NCBI GenBank assembly: GCA_038245905.1
Contig: JBBRRY010000001.1
Span: 32,001 to 96,000, forward strand
Source of the DNA: Thermoanaerobaculia bacterium
GTDB taxonomy: Bacteria > Acidobacteriota > Thermoanaerobaculia > UBA5066
Length of the DNA: 64,000 bases
Direction: 5' to 3'
The position numbers were made by a program, and so were the translations under genes. Shown here piece after piece: positions 17,201 to 25,650 of the stretch; position 1 is the stretch's first letter, and each line of letters starts with the position of its first letter. The notes below the pieces were generated by a model. It saw nothing but the letters and a program-made list of their open reading frames with translations, was not told the origin of the DNA and searched no databases.

Positions 17201-19481
17201 GTTCGCGAACGACCCCGTTTCGGACCCCACGGCAGAGGCGATCTTCATCCGCGACGAAGAGACCGGGCGTGTCTGGGGCGCGACACCGGCCCCGGTGAAG
17301 AGGACGCCGCGATCGCCGCGCTGGATCGTGCGGCACGCGGCCGGAGTGACGCGCTTCCAACGCGCCGCGGACGGCATCGAACAGGAGCTCACGGTCTTCG
17401 TCGCGAAGGACGATCCCGTGAAGCTCTCGGTCCTCACGCTCAAGAACCGGGGGGCCAGGCCGCGCCGGCTGACGCTCCTCAGCTACACGGAATGGAGTCT
17501 CGGCCCGCCTCGGACAGGCGAGTCGCGTTTCGTCGTGAGCGAGCGGGATCCGGAGACCGGCGCCCTCCTGGCTCGAAATCCCTACAACGCGGACTTCGCG
17601 GGCCGCGTCGCCTTCGCGGCGTCGAGCGAACCGGTCGTCTCGGCGACCGGCGACCGGCTGGAAGTGCTCGGCCGCAACGGGTCCCTCGCGCGCGCGGGAG
17701 CGCTCCTACGGCTGCCGCTCGCGGGACACTTCGGGGCGGGCCTCGATCCCTGTGCCGCCATGCACGTCTCGATCCAGCTCCAGCCCGGTGAGACGCAGAA
17801 GGTCGTGTTCGTGCTCGGGCAGGCGCCGGATCTCGCCGAGGCGCGGTCCCTCGCGAAGCGGCACGCGAGCTCGGAGTCCGCCGCGCGGGAGCTACGCCAG
17901 GTGGAGGGATTCTGGGACGAGACGCTCGGGACGATCAGCGTCAAGACGCCGGACGATTCCTTCGACCTCGTCATGAATCGCTGGCTCCTGTATCAGAACC
18001 TCTCGGCCCGGATCTTCGCGCGAAGCGGCTACTACCAGGCGAGCGGGGCGTATGGGTTCCGAGACCAGCTGCAGGACGTTCTCGCGCTCGCGTGGTCGCG
18101 TCCGGATCTGGCCCGCGAGCACCTCCTCCGGGCGGCGGGCCGGCAGTTCGTCGAGGGCGACGTCCAGCACTGGTGGCATCCGCCCTCGGGCCGTGGGATC
18201 CGGACGCATTGCTCGGACGACCTCCTCTGGCTGCCCTGGGTCGCCGCCCGCTATGCGGCGGAGACAGGCGACTCCAGTATCTTCGACGAGGTCGTCCCGT
18301 TCCTGTCGGGTCCCGCGCTGGCCCCCGGAGAGGCCGAATCCTACGGGCAACCCTCCACGTCCTCCGAGACTGGCTCTCTCTTCGATCATTGCGTGCGTGC
18401 GATCGAACGCGGCCTCACGCAGGGACCGCACGGCCTTCCGCTCATAGGGACCGGCGACTGGAACGACGGATACAACCGCGTCGGGGCCGAAGGGCGCGGC
18501 GAGAGCGTGTTCGTCGGATGGCTTCTTCACGCGGCACTTTCGGACTTCGCTCCGCTCGCCGAGGCCCGGGGGGACACGGTGCGGGCGCTCAGGTACCGGA
18601 AGGAGAGGGAACGGCTCTCCGGGATGCTCGAGCTCGCCTGGGACGGAGACTGGTACCGGCGCGCGTACTTCGACGACGGGACGCCGCTCGGCTCCGCGCA
18701 GAACGACGAAGGGCGGATCGACTCCGTGGCGCAGACGTGGGCGGTCCTCTCGGGCGCCGCGCCGAGGGAGCGCGCCGAGCGGGCGATGGATGCCGTGCGG
18801 GCGCACCTCGTGAGGCGCGCGTCGCAAGTCATCCTGCTCCTGACGCCTCCATTCGATCGCACCACCCTCGACCCGGGTTACATCAAGGGTTACCTGCCCG
18901 GCATCCGGGAGAACGGCGGCCAGTACACGCACGCGGCGGAATGGGTGGTCCTCGCCCTGACGCGGCTCGGATACGGAGCCGAGGCCGTCGAAGCGTTCCA
19001 CATGCTCAACCCGATCAACCACACGCGAACGGCGGCCGAGCTCGACCGGTACAAGACGGAACCGTACGTGCTCGCCGGCGACGTCTACGACCATCCGCAG
19101 CATCGCGGGCGCGGCGGCTGGACGTGGTACACCGGAGCTGCCGGCTGGATGTATCGCGTCGGACTCGAGGGCATCCTGGGCCTGACGCCGCAGGGGAGCA
19201 CGTTCTCGGTGAACCCGTGCGTGCCGGGCTCCTGGCCGGCCTTCTCGATCTCATGGCGATTCGGCTCCGCGCGATACGAGATCGCGGTCGAGAACCCGGA
19301 GGGCCGGAGCGGCGGGGTCGCAAGCGCGGAATGCGACGGCGCGCCCGTCGATCCCGCGTCGATCCCGCTTCGCGACGACGGCCGCGTCCACCAGGTCGTC
19401 GTCCGGTTAGGGGCTAAAAAAGGGGACCCGGCAGCAGCCCGCGAATCGGAGCAGCATCGCCGTCGCGCGCTGAACCGTTAG
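11226..19481 (+). CDS. ndvB: cyclic beta-1,2-glucan synthase (Cgs/ChvB/NdvB: GT84 + transglycosylase + GH94 phosphorylase)
   Basis: 2751 aa; EWLLDNF, WERKRGKIEE, TLDSDT, ENALLSHDLFEG, RQHRWVRGDWQ, TM block, RTSPTNIG, YDLLASEARL, GFRDQLQD, GDWND, ENGGQYTH, GGWTWYTG. Confidence 0.95.
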   Translation: MRSFRDARSETAPFLDDSVGWNAPALLGEILSLETLEERATALAAHLTLARESKRSSRAHLDRLERNMERLRSAYLALADDVHRGEPLAPAGEWLLDNFHLLESESRAVRHDLPPRYYKKLPKLASREHAGTARLYAMAVELIRSGDGRLDLERLTRFLKAYQTVAPLTIGELWAWPSILKLALLENLRRLSDGLLARRRGRRAADEIRARLERGDRAVPLPKVLDPAFVAQLLSHMREFDPRLSVQRAELTTRLTEDGTTAEDAVRAEHQRLATEQASTANSITSLRLVAAMDWSRYVEGVSLIEQILQRDPAGIYGRMDFESRDLYRHAVEELADPTGEAQVRVALRVVASARRPPESPGWKERAAHVGYHLIGGGRPDLETDVAFRLPLLGRVGRALFARADGVYLSAIAFLTFLGVLVAVTPLWAGGASIRAQLAAALLVLLPASEIAIALIQRIATGLVPPRRLPRLDLSSGVPESARTMVVVPTLFSSVEGVRGLIDHLEVQALGNLDANVHFALLGDFLDAETETLPEDAGILAAARAGIEELNNRHAAGRNDRFFLFHRSRTWNAKEGLYMGWERKRGKIEEFNRLLRGATGTRYTQIVGDVAILPSVRYVLTLDSDTRLPRGTARSLIGILAHPLQQAHVDPRLRRVTEGYGILQPRVSITQSGAADSLFARVYSGHTGVDPYSRAVSDTYQDLFGEGIFTGKGLYDVDAFVASLEGRVPENALLSHDLFEGLYARTALVSDVEVVDDYPANVLAHARRQHRWVRGDWQILLWLFTFVPARHGIVRNRLPLISRWKILDNLRRSLVAPALLALFCAAWTVLPGAPLLYTLFGLTVLALPLVFALMGGSLVERGRGPVRVYVRGVLTDLAIAAAQSFLALVLLAQQAWDTVHAVTLTLVRLLVTQRRLLEWETAAAQAARAAGLLSAGARSFLAEMIASPLVAVAVVAMTLSVRPTALWLAVPFAAAWIAAPFVAFWLSRPLQATSRRLSEDERAYLLDIARGTWTYFEKLDGDVDHGLPPDNYQEDPGPAVAHRTSPTNIGMALLSTLAAHDLGFLATEKLLARLERTIATVEGLERHEGHLLNWYDTQTLAPLFPRYVSTVDSGNLACALVALAQGLVALSRSKSELEPRLVSLAARALALANGMRFAFLYRADRQLFAIGYRLADANGPGGLDGSSYDLLASEARLASFFAIAKGDVPQSHWFHLGRLVVSVEGVPTLVSWSATMFEYLKPLLLTRSYPGTLLHESCRMVVKRQRSYAKSRGVAWGISESAYAMVDRQGTYQYKAFGVPGLGLKRGLGDELVIAPYASALAAIVDPSAAVSNLRRLADEGARGAWGFYEAVDHTDRRVSAEERDAEPEGHVVKAHFAHHQGMTLVAIANALLEDVMVERFHADPRVKATELLLQERVPRQAPIIDPHPAKESHSAAPVMAVPPRRLRSPHTPYPRAHILGNGAYVSIVTNAGGGASLYKDRAVTRWREDPTADPGSQFLYLRDVHSGDVWSATYQPTCREADEYVVDFLSEKSVFRRRDHEIEARLEVGVSPEDDVEVRRITLRNRSERPREIEVTSYAEISLGTIAEDMAHPAFGKLFVETAWAGESTALLAHRRPRSPGDPNLWALHVLSLDRRIQAPIEWETDRARFLGRGRGPDDPQALDGRALSGTTGAVLDPILSLRTRVRLAPGGSVRLCFATGVAGDEDRARALAQKYHDTGAAARAFHLAHTHTQIAREHLGIQADAAQLFDRLGSRVFFSDASLRESGEILAKSTLGQNGLYGHGISGDLPIVLVRIVESDDLPLVLQVLKAQEYWRLVGLKADLVVLNEHPVSYLDEMHEQLTTLIDGGSWSSWKGRSGGVFLLRGDGMPDAERILLLTVARAVLSGERGELAAQLDRNTPEPPRPLKAPLVDEGGGNEPEPPVPPLVMGNGLGGFSPDGKEYVVVLSGSAETPLPWVNVIANPRFGTIVTTSGASTTWSENSRENRLTPFANDPVSDPTAEAIFIRDEETGRVWGATPAPVKRTPRSPRWIVRHAAGVTRFQRAADGIEQELTVFVAKDDPVKLSVLTLKNRGARPRRLTLLSYTEWSLGPPRTGESRFVVSERDPETGALLARNPYNADFAGRVAFAASSEPVVSATGDRLEVLGRNGSLARAGALLRLPLAGHFGAGLDPCAAMHVSIQLQPGETQKVVFVLGQAPDLAEARSLAKRHASSESAARELRQVEGFWDETLGTISVKTPDDSFDLVMNRWLLYQNLSARIFARSGYYQASGAYGFRDQLQDVLALAWSRPDLAREHLLRAAGRQFVEGDVQHWWHPPSGRGIRTHCSDDLLWLPWVAARYAAETGDSSIFDEVVPFLSGPALAPGEAESYGQPSTSSETGSLFDHCVRAIERGLTQGPHGLPLIGTGDWNDGYNRVGAEGRGESVFVGWLLHAALSDFAPLAEARGDTVRALRYRKERERLSGMLELAWDGDWYRRAYFDDGTPLGSAQNDEGRIDSVAQTWAVLSGAAPRERAERAMDAVRAHLVRRASQVILLLTPPFDRTTLDPGYIKGYLPGIRENGGQYTHAAEWVVLALTRLGYGAEAVEAFHMLNPINHTRTAAELDRYKTEPYVLAGDVYDHPQHRGRGGWTWYTGAAGWMYRVGLEGILGLTPQGSTFSVNPCVPGSWPAFSISWRFGSARYEIAVENPEGRSGGVASAECDGAPVDPASIPLRDDGRVHQVVVRLGAKKGDPAAARESEQHRRRALNR

Positions 19482-21243
19482 GACGCGGAGCCAACGGGCC
19501 GGGCCTGCCCGGAATGGAGAGCGCTCGCTCGAGGTTGGCGCGGGCATAGGCATAGTCCGGGTCGAGGCGAAGCGCCTCGCGGAACTGCTCGATCGCTTCC
19601 GCGAGCCGCCCGCCCTGCATGAGAGCGGCGCCGAGGCCGTTGTGGGCGATAGGGCTCCCGGACGCACCGAGGCGGAGCGCCTCCTGGTACGTGGCGACGG
19701 CCTCTTCGATCCGGCCCGATTTCGTGCTCACGGTCGCCAGGTTGATGAGCACGGTCGTGTCCTGGGGGACGATGCGGAGCGCGTCCCTCAGGTGAGCGGT
19801 CGCCGCGTCGAAGCGGCCGCCCTGCTCCTCGATGCGCGCGAGATTCAGTAGCGCGGGCACGTTGTCGGGCTTGAGGCTCAGCGATTTCTCGAAGTGAGGG
19901 ACGGCCTCGACGTCGCGGCCCTTCTCCATCAGCCAGTTTCCATAGTTCGTCTCGCACATGAAGCAGGAGGGGCTTCTCTCGAGCGTGTCCCGCCAGAGCG
20001 TCTCCTCGTCGCGGTACGTGCCGCTCTGGGCGTATGTCCGGGACGCGAGGACGGCGAGCACAGCGAGGCCGAGGGCCGCGGCACTCCTTCGCCATCCGAT
20101 CCCGAGCCGGTCGGTCCACGCCGCTGCTCCGCACACGGTGCCCGCGGCGAAGACGGCGACGGCCTGATAGGCGAAGTGGTCCGCGACCCATGAATAGCGC
20201 ATCGCGTAGACGTTGAAGAACCCCATCGCGGGAGCGAGGACGCCGAGAAAAAGCAGCAGTCCGGTGAGGGGCCCGCGCCCGACGCGGCGCCGGAGGAGCC
20301 ACGCGGCTGCCAGGAGCCCGAGGACGCCCGCCACCGGAATCCACTGGCGGAGATCGCGCGGGTCGACGGTCCAACGCTCGTAGATGAAGGCGAGCTTCGT
20401 TGGGAAAAAGAGCTTGCTGGCGTAAAACAGGGAAGTCTGGCCTGCGAGGGCCACGCGTCCGGCCGGCCCGATCTCCCATTCGCTTCCCGTCGCCTGCACC
20501 ATCGTCCGCTCGAGCCACGCGGTCTGGAACGCGAGAGCGGCGCCGATGGCAAAGAGAGGGAAGAGCGGCCGCACGTCGCCGGCCGTCACGCGCCCATTCC
20601 TCCACCAGACGAGGACGAGCAGCACGGCGGGGACGACCGAAGCCGTCGTCTTCGCGAAGAGGGCGAGGGTGAAACAGCCGAAGGCGAGGGCATAGAAGAC
20701 CGTTGACGTCCTCCACCACGGCTCTGCCGCCTGCGCCGCACGCCGTTTCCTTTTCTTTTTCGGTTCTGCGCCGTTCGCGCGCGCCTCGAGGAACGAATAC
20801 CACGCGTGGATCGCGAGGAGTGAAAGTAGGAGGGAGAGCGTGTTCTTGCGCTCGGTGACCCAGGCGACGGACTCGACGCTCACGGGGTGCAGGGCGAACA
20901 AGGCGGCCGCGAACCACGCGCCCCGAAGTCCGAGGCGGACGAGGAGTCCCCACAGGAGCAGGGCCGAACCCGCATGCAGGAGGACGTTGACGAGGTGATA
21001 GCCGAACGGCTGCAGGGACCAAAGGCGCTTCTCGACCCAGAACGAGGTAAAGACCATCGGGTAGTACTGCTCGTTGGCCTTCGGCTCGGTCCAGATGAGC
21101 CGCAGCCCTTCGATCCCGTCGAGAGTCCGGTTCTCCGTCAGGTAGGTGTCGTCGTTCCAGACGAAGCCTGCCTGTAGGGCCGGCAGATACGCGACGATCA
21201 CCGCCGCCACGAGAGCTAGACCGGGCAGCCACTTCCTCAGCAC
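19414..21243 (-). CDS. multi-TM TPR protein, TMTC-like GT-C glycosyltransferase
   Basis: GFVWNDD, YYPMVFTSF, YHLVNVLLH, FALHPVSVESVAWVTERKNTL, ADHFAY, about 11 TM segments then C-terminal TPRs; start estimated at GTG 21243. Confidence 0.85.
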   Translation of the reverse strand: MLRKWLPGLALVAAVIVAYLPALQAGFVWNDDTYLTENRTLDGIEGLRLIWTEPKANEQYYPMVFTSFWVEKRLWSLQPFGYHLVNVLLHAGSALLLWGLLVRLGLRGAWFAAALFALHPVSVESVAWVTERKNTLSLLLSLLAIHAWYSFLEARANGAEPKKKRKRRAAQAAEPWWRTSTVFYALAFGCFTLALFAKTTASVVPAVLLVLVWWRNGRVTAGDVRPLFPLFAIGAALAFQTAWLERTMVQATGSEWEIGPAGRVALAGQTSLFYASKLFFPTKLAFIYERWTVDPRDLRQWIPVAGVLGLLAAAWLLRRRVGRGPLTGLLLFLGVLAPAMGFFNVYAMRYSWVADHFAYQAVAVFAAGTVCGAAAWTDRLGIGWRRSAAALGLAVLAVLASRTYAQSGTYRDEETLWRDTLERSPSCFMCETNYGNWLMEKGRDVEAVPHFEKSLSLKPDNVPALLNLARIEEQGGRFDAATAHLRDALRIVPQDTTVLINLATVSTKSGRIEEAVATYQEALRLGASGSPIAHNGLGAALMQGGRLAEAIEQFREALRLDPDYAYARANLERALSIPGRPGPLAPRPNGSARDGDAAPIRGLLPGPLF

Positions 21244-21361
21244 GGATGGACGATAAGCCAAAGGCGTGAGGCTCCCCTCGATCCGCTTTCCGGCCGGCAG
21301 GCGGTCCGTCGCGCGCCCGAGTCTTGATATCGTTGGCGAAGCGGCAATCGGTTGTTCGAGA

Positions 21362-22114
21362 ATGAGTGAACCTGTCATCCGGGCGACGGAGCTGACGCGC
21401 CGCTTCGGTGCCATGACGGCTCTGAATTCGGTGAGCCTGTCGCTGGCTCGCGGGGCGGTCTACGGACTCGTCGGAGCGAACGGTGCGGGCAAGACGACGC
21501 TCATCAAGCACATTCTGGGTCTGTTGCGGGCGGACAGCGGCTCGGTCCGCGTCTTCGGCCTCGATCCCGTCGCCGATCCGGTCGCCGTCCTGTCGCGAAT
21601 CGGTTATCTGTCCGAGGAGAACGACCTACCCGGCTGGATGCGCGTGGACGAGCTCATCCGGTACTCGCGCGCGTTCTATCCCGCCTGGGACGATCGGTAC
21701 GCGGAGGAGCTGCGGCGTGCGTTCGCGCTCGACCCCACGGCGAAGATCAAGAGCTTGTCCAAAGGGCAGAAGGCCCGGGCGGGACTGCTCATCGCGCTGG
21801 CCTATCGACCGGAACTGCTCGTACTGGACGAACCGTCGTCCGGCCTCGATCCCATCGTTCGCCGCGACATCCTCGGCGCCGTCCTGCGCACCATCGCCGA
21901 CGAAGGCCGCACGGTGCTCTTCTCGTCACACCTCCTTGAGGAAGTGGAGCAAGTCGCCGACCACGTCACGATGATTCACCAGGGCAGGATCGTTCTGAGC
22001 GCGCCGCTTCTCGCCATCAGGGAATCGCATCGGGTCGGCGAACGCGTCCCCTCCCTCGACGAGATCTTCGTCGCCCTTGCCGGGATATCCGCTGCCTCTG
22101 CCCCGGAGACCTAG
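21362..22114 (+). CDS. ABC transporter ATP-binding protein
   Basis: GANGAGKTT, LSKGQK, LVLDEPSSGLD, SSH. Confidence 0.93.
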   Translation: MSEPVIRATELTRRFGAMTALNSVSLSLARGAVYGLVGANGAGKTTLIKHILGLLRADSGSVRVFGLDPVADPVAVLSRIGYLSEENDLPGWMRVDELIRYSRAFYPAWDDRYAEELRRAFALDPTAKIKSLSKGQKARAGLLIALAYRPELLVLDEPSSGLDPIVRRDILGAVLRTIADEGRTVLFSSHLLEEVEQVADHVTMIHQGRIVLSAPLLAIRESHRVGERVPSLDEIFVALAGISAASAPET

Positions 22115-22117
22115 AGC

Positions 22118-23755
22118 ATGCGTTCCGCCGCTGCCGCGATCGCCTGGGAGTTCCGCCTCAAGCATCGCTGGGGACTGATCGCCCTGACCGGCTACCTGAT
22201 CCTCATCGCGACGATCAGGCTCCTGACCCAGGAGCGGGGCCAGTCCGTCGACTTTGATGACGCCCAGAGCTTTGCTTTGGTCGTGGTCGTGCCCATCACG
22301 TCGACATTCATGTATTTCCTGGCGGTTTTCAGCTTCGGCCTTTCTGGCGATCTGGCTGCGCGCCAATCGATGTATCCCGCCCGCATGTTCACGCTGCCGG
22401 TGTCGACCGCCGCGCTGGCGGGGTGGCCGATGCTCTACGGCACGGCGGCCATGGCGATCCTGTGGCTCGCGACGAGGCTCTTCGCCTTGTGGCCGTCCGG
22501 TGTCGAGGTGCCCGTGATCTGGCCGGCGCTTCTGGCCGCGTCGCTTCTCGCGTGGACGCAGGCCCTGGTTTGGATGCCGTACGCCTTGCCCGGGCTGCGG
22601 GTGATCGTCACCGTGCTGTGGCTGGCCACGATCGACGCCGTCGTGATGCTGGCGCTCTACTACAAGGCCCGCGAGCCGGTGATGCTGGCCATCCTGGCGC
22701 CGCACGTTCCCCTCGCGTATTTCACCGCCCGCTTCGCCATCGGCCGGGCTCGCCGCGGCGACGTGCCCGATTGGCGCGGGGTCTTCGCCCGGCTCGGACG
22801 GATCGCGGACGTCCTGCCGCGCCGGCGAGACCGCTTTCCTTCACCCGCCCGCGCCCAGGAGTGGTTCGAGTGGCGTCGGCACGGCCGGTCGCTCCCGGCG
22901 ATGGTGGGAATCCTGCTGCCATTCGAGCTGACGTTGCTTTTCGTCTTCAGAGAGACGCCGGCACTCGTTCTCGAGACCCTTGTCCTGGTCTTGCTCACTC
23001 CACCCTTCATGGCCGCCTTTGCGGCCGCGACCGTCCGGAAGTCGAACCCCGAGGGAAGCGATTCCTACGGCCTGACGCCATTTCTCGCGACGCGGCCGCT
23101 GACGAGCGCTTCGCTCGTCGCCGCCAAGCTGAAGGTGACGATCTGGAGCACCCTGGCCGCCTGGCTGCTGGTTCTCGTTTCTCTTTCTCTCGGGTTGAGA
23201 CTCTCGGGAGCCTGGCCCGTGGTGATGGAACGAGCGCGCGAACTGGTCGACGCCGTCGGGAGGCCCCGCGCAGTCGCGATCGTGCTGCTGGTGCTCTCGG
23301 CCCTCGTGGCATCCACATGGAAACAGCTTGTCCAGAGCCTGTTCGTCGGCCTGAGCGGCCGGAAATGGGCTGTCAATTTGAGCGTGTTCGGGACCCTGTC
23401 GCTCCTCGCCGTCGCCGTGCCGCTCGCCCAATGGATCGCCGGAAGCAAATACCGGATGGGGGTGCTGTGGAACGCCTTACCGTGGATCGCCGCTGTTCTG
23501 GTCTGCCTGAAGGTATCAGCCGCTGCCTGGATCGCCATTCGCCTCCGTGACAGCCGCCTGTTGAGCGACCGGACCCTCGTCCTGGGCGCGGCCTGCTGGG
23601 ATGCCAGCGTGTTCGCTGTCTACGGCCTGTTCGTGTGGCTCACACCCGCGCTGCTCTTCCGCAGCTACCTCCTAGCGCTCGTCGCGATCCTCGCCGTTCC
23701 CCTGGCGAGACTCTCGGCGACTCCGCTGGTGCTCGCGTGGAATCGACATCGGTGA
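22118..23755 (+). CDS. polytopic membrane protein, probable ABC-2-type permease (internally duplicated)
   Basis: About 12 TM helices in two halves (AWEFRLKH / WFEWRRHG; FTLPVS / ATRPLT); follows the ABC ATPase by 3 bp. Confidence 0.75.
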   Translation: MRSAAAAIAWEFRLKHRWGLIALTGYLILIATIRLLTQERGQSVDFDDAQSFALVVVVPITSTFMYFLAVFSFGLSGDLAARQSMYPARMFTLPVSTAALAGWPMLYGTAAMAILWLATRLFALWPSGVEVPVIWPALLAASLLAWTQALVWMPYALPGLRVIVTVLWLATIDAVVMLALYYKAREPVMLAILAPHVPLAYFTARFAIGRARRGDVPDWRGVFARLGRIADVLPRRRDRFPSPARAQEWFEWRRHGRSLPAMVGILLPFELTLLFVFRETPALVLETLVLVLLTPPFMAAFAAATVRKSNPEGSDSYGLTPFLATRPLTSASLVAAKLKVTIWSTLAAWLLVLVSLSLGLRLSGAWPVVMERARELVDAVGRPRAVAIVLLVLSALVASTWKQLVQSLFVGLSGRKWAVNLSVFGTLSLLAVAVPLAQWIAGSKYRMGVLWNALPWIAAVLVCLKVSAAAWIAIRLRDSRLLSDRTLVLGAACWDASVFAVYGLFVWLTPALLFRSYLLALVAILAVPLARLSATPLVLAWNRHR

Positions 23756-23777
23756 ACGCGCTTCGAGGACGACGGCC

Positions 23778-24719
23778 ATGAAGAGCAGGAAGATAGTCAT
23801 CGGTGCTGTGCTGGCTTTCATCAACCTGCCTGTGGTGCTGGCCCTCGGCGAGGCCATTTCTTTCCACGTCCGGAATCGGGCCAACGGCACGATCGTCTCC
23901 TCTGGCGAGAAGCGGGTGTACCTCCTCCATGTCCCGCCCAGCTACGACCGGACAAGGCCGACGCCGCTCGTCATCAGCCTGCACGGCGCCGGGGGATGGC
24001 CGGTCCAGCAGAGGGACTTGAGCGGCTGGAACCGCGTGGCCGACGAGAAGGGGTTCATCGTCGTCTACCCCTCGGGCATCGAGAGCGTCGGGCCGAGGAT
24101 CTGGCACACGGGCGGGAACGGTCTGACGAAAGATGTCCGGTTCATCTCGGAGCTGATCGACAAGCTGGAGGCGTCCTACAACATCGATCCCGCGAGGATC
24201 TACGCGAACGGCCTCTCCAATGGAGGAGGCATGTCGTTCGCGCTCTCCTGCACGCTGTCCGATCGGATCGCCGCGGTCGGGCTGGTGGGGGCCGCTCACT
24301 TTCTCCCTTGGAGCTGGTGCACGGAGCCTCGACCGATGCCGATGATCTCGTTTCATGGCACCGCTGATCCGATGATCCCGTACAAGGGCGGCCGGGCCTG
24401 GGTTGCCTCCGAAGTGTTTCCAGACATCCCGTCCTGGACGAGGGGTTGGGCGCGAAGGAACCGGTGCGGAACGGTCCCCGTCGAATCCGTGATCGCTCCG
24501 GATGTCACCCGGATCGAATACCCGGACTGCGCCGACGGCGCGGATGTGGTTCTGTACCGGGTCCAGGGTGGAGGCCATACGTGGCCTGGTGGCGAGCCAA
24601 TGCCGGAATGGTTCGTGGGGCCCACCACCAACGGCATCGACGCCACGGGCACGATGTGGGCGTTCTTTCGCGAGCACCGGCTCCCGGGGAGCGTTACGTC
24701 GTCAGATGCAGGTCGATGA
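23778..24719 (+). CDS. PHB depolymerase/LpqC-family esterase
   Basis: LHGAGG, GFIVVYP, nucleophile GLSNGG, FHGTADP, GGGHTWPGG. Confidence 0.9.
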   Translation: MKSRKIVIGAVLAFINLPVVLALGEAISFHVRNRANGTIVSSGEKRVYLLHVPPSYDRTRPTPLVISLHGAGGWPVQQRDLSGWNRVADEKGFIVVYPSGIESVGPRIWHTGGNGLTKDVRFISELIDKLEASYNIDPARIYANGLSNGGGMSFALSCTLSDRIAAVGLVGAAHFLPWSWCTEPRPMPMISFHGTADPMIPYKGGRAWVASEVFPDIPSWTRGWARRNRCGTVPVESVIAPDVTRIEYPDCADGADVVLYRVQGGGHTWPGGEPMPEWFVGPTTNGIDATGTMWAFFREHRLPGSVTSSDAGR

Positions 24720-25119
24720 GGCCGTGCTGGTGGAACGCGCCGATCCGCGGCGCGAAAAGGCCGATGACGAACAGCACGAGCGCGCCGCCCGCGATAGCCG
24801 ACAGCGCGAGGAGCGGCAGGAACCGGGCCTCGCGGAGCTGGTCGGCGTTGTTCACGCGCACGGTGGCTTCCGTGACGGCTCTCAGGCCGGCATCCGTGGC
24901 GACGCTGAGCCGCTTCTCGGCGATCGCTTTTTCGAGAGGCATATCGGCGACGAGAACCTGGAGGCGGTCGGCCGTCGTCGAGAGGGGGAGCGCGAGATGG
25001 GCGGGGGTCCAGACGGTTTCCTGCGGTTTGCTCTGGACCAGCCAGAAGCCGCCAATCGAGAGGACGAGCACGAGACCCCCTCCGAGAAGCGCGAACAGGC
25101 GGAAATGACTCTTTTGCAT
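24694..25119 (-). CDS. hypothetical two-TM membrane protein
   Basis: GAGG RBS; N- and C-terminal hydrophobic helices. Confidence 0.65.
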   Translation of the reverse strand: MQKSHFRLFALLGGGLVLVLSIGGFWLVQSKPQETVWTPAHLALPLSTTADRLQVLVADMPLEKAIAEKRLSVATDAGLRAVTEATVRVNNADQLREARFLPLLALSAIAGGALVLFVIGLFAPRIGAFHQHGLIDLHLTT

Positions 25120-25241
25120 GCAACCCTCATCTTTCTGCGGCCCTTGCGGCCGCTCGGATCGGGATCCCTGTAGATGGTTAGGGCTCCCCTCGAGGTCCGG
25201 TCAAGGTGCATTTGCATCGGTGCGGACTAAACTCCGCCCGC

Positions 25242-25643
25242 ATGCGACCCGCTCCCGAGAACGCGCAGCGGATCTATCTCCGTAGCGGCCGCGAAGGCGA
25301 TCCCCTATCGTTCTCCGTCCGATGGTTCGTCCCGGCGGGATTCGACGCCGGCGAAAGGTCGGAGGTCTCGAGCGTCGCGGACGGCAAGGCCGAGCTGGCG
25401 TCCTGTCTCGCGCTTCTGGGCGTGACCGCCCTCGCCGTGATGGTGGGAGACGTCATCGACGGAACGCCCGTGTTCGATTTCAAGCCCTGCACGCCGACGG
25501 AGGCTGCCGAGCATGCCTGCCGGGAAGGTCAGCGGGCGCGGTCCATCGCGTACTCTCAGACCGTGTACGTCGAGACGACACCCGAGGAGCTCTACCGGCG
25601 CCTCTCCCTCTGGGAGAACGCGCGCCGCCGGTGGGGACGATGA
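25242..25643 (+). CDS. hypothetical protein
   Basis: Open frame directly upstream of queD; contains VIDGTPVFDFKP. Confidence 0.6.
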   Translation: MRPAPENAQRIYLRSGREGDPLSFSVRWFVPAGFDAGERSEVSSVADGKAELASCLALLGVTALAVMVGDVIDGTPVFDFKPCTPTEAAEHACREGQRARSIAYSQTVYVETTPEELYRRLSLWENARRRWGR

Positions 25644-25650
25644 GCGGACG

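Noticed and set aside
11504-17791. Very long alternative-frame and antisense ORFs inside the glucan synthase gene (1162, 806, 545 and 493 aa), and similar shadow ORFs across the window
   Set aside because: Arg/Pro/Gly/Ala-rich translations with no motifs, as expected from stop-codon scarcity at high GC; fully overlapped by well-supported genes.
19883-19900. GATTTCTCGAAGTGAGGG, weak similarity to the dispersed motif
   Set aside because: Short, unpaired and lacking the GA-rich flanks; not counted. I saw no convincing copies in 1-30.4 kb.
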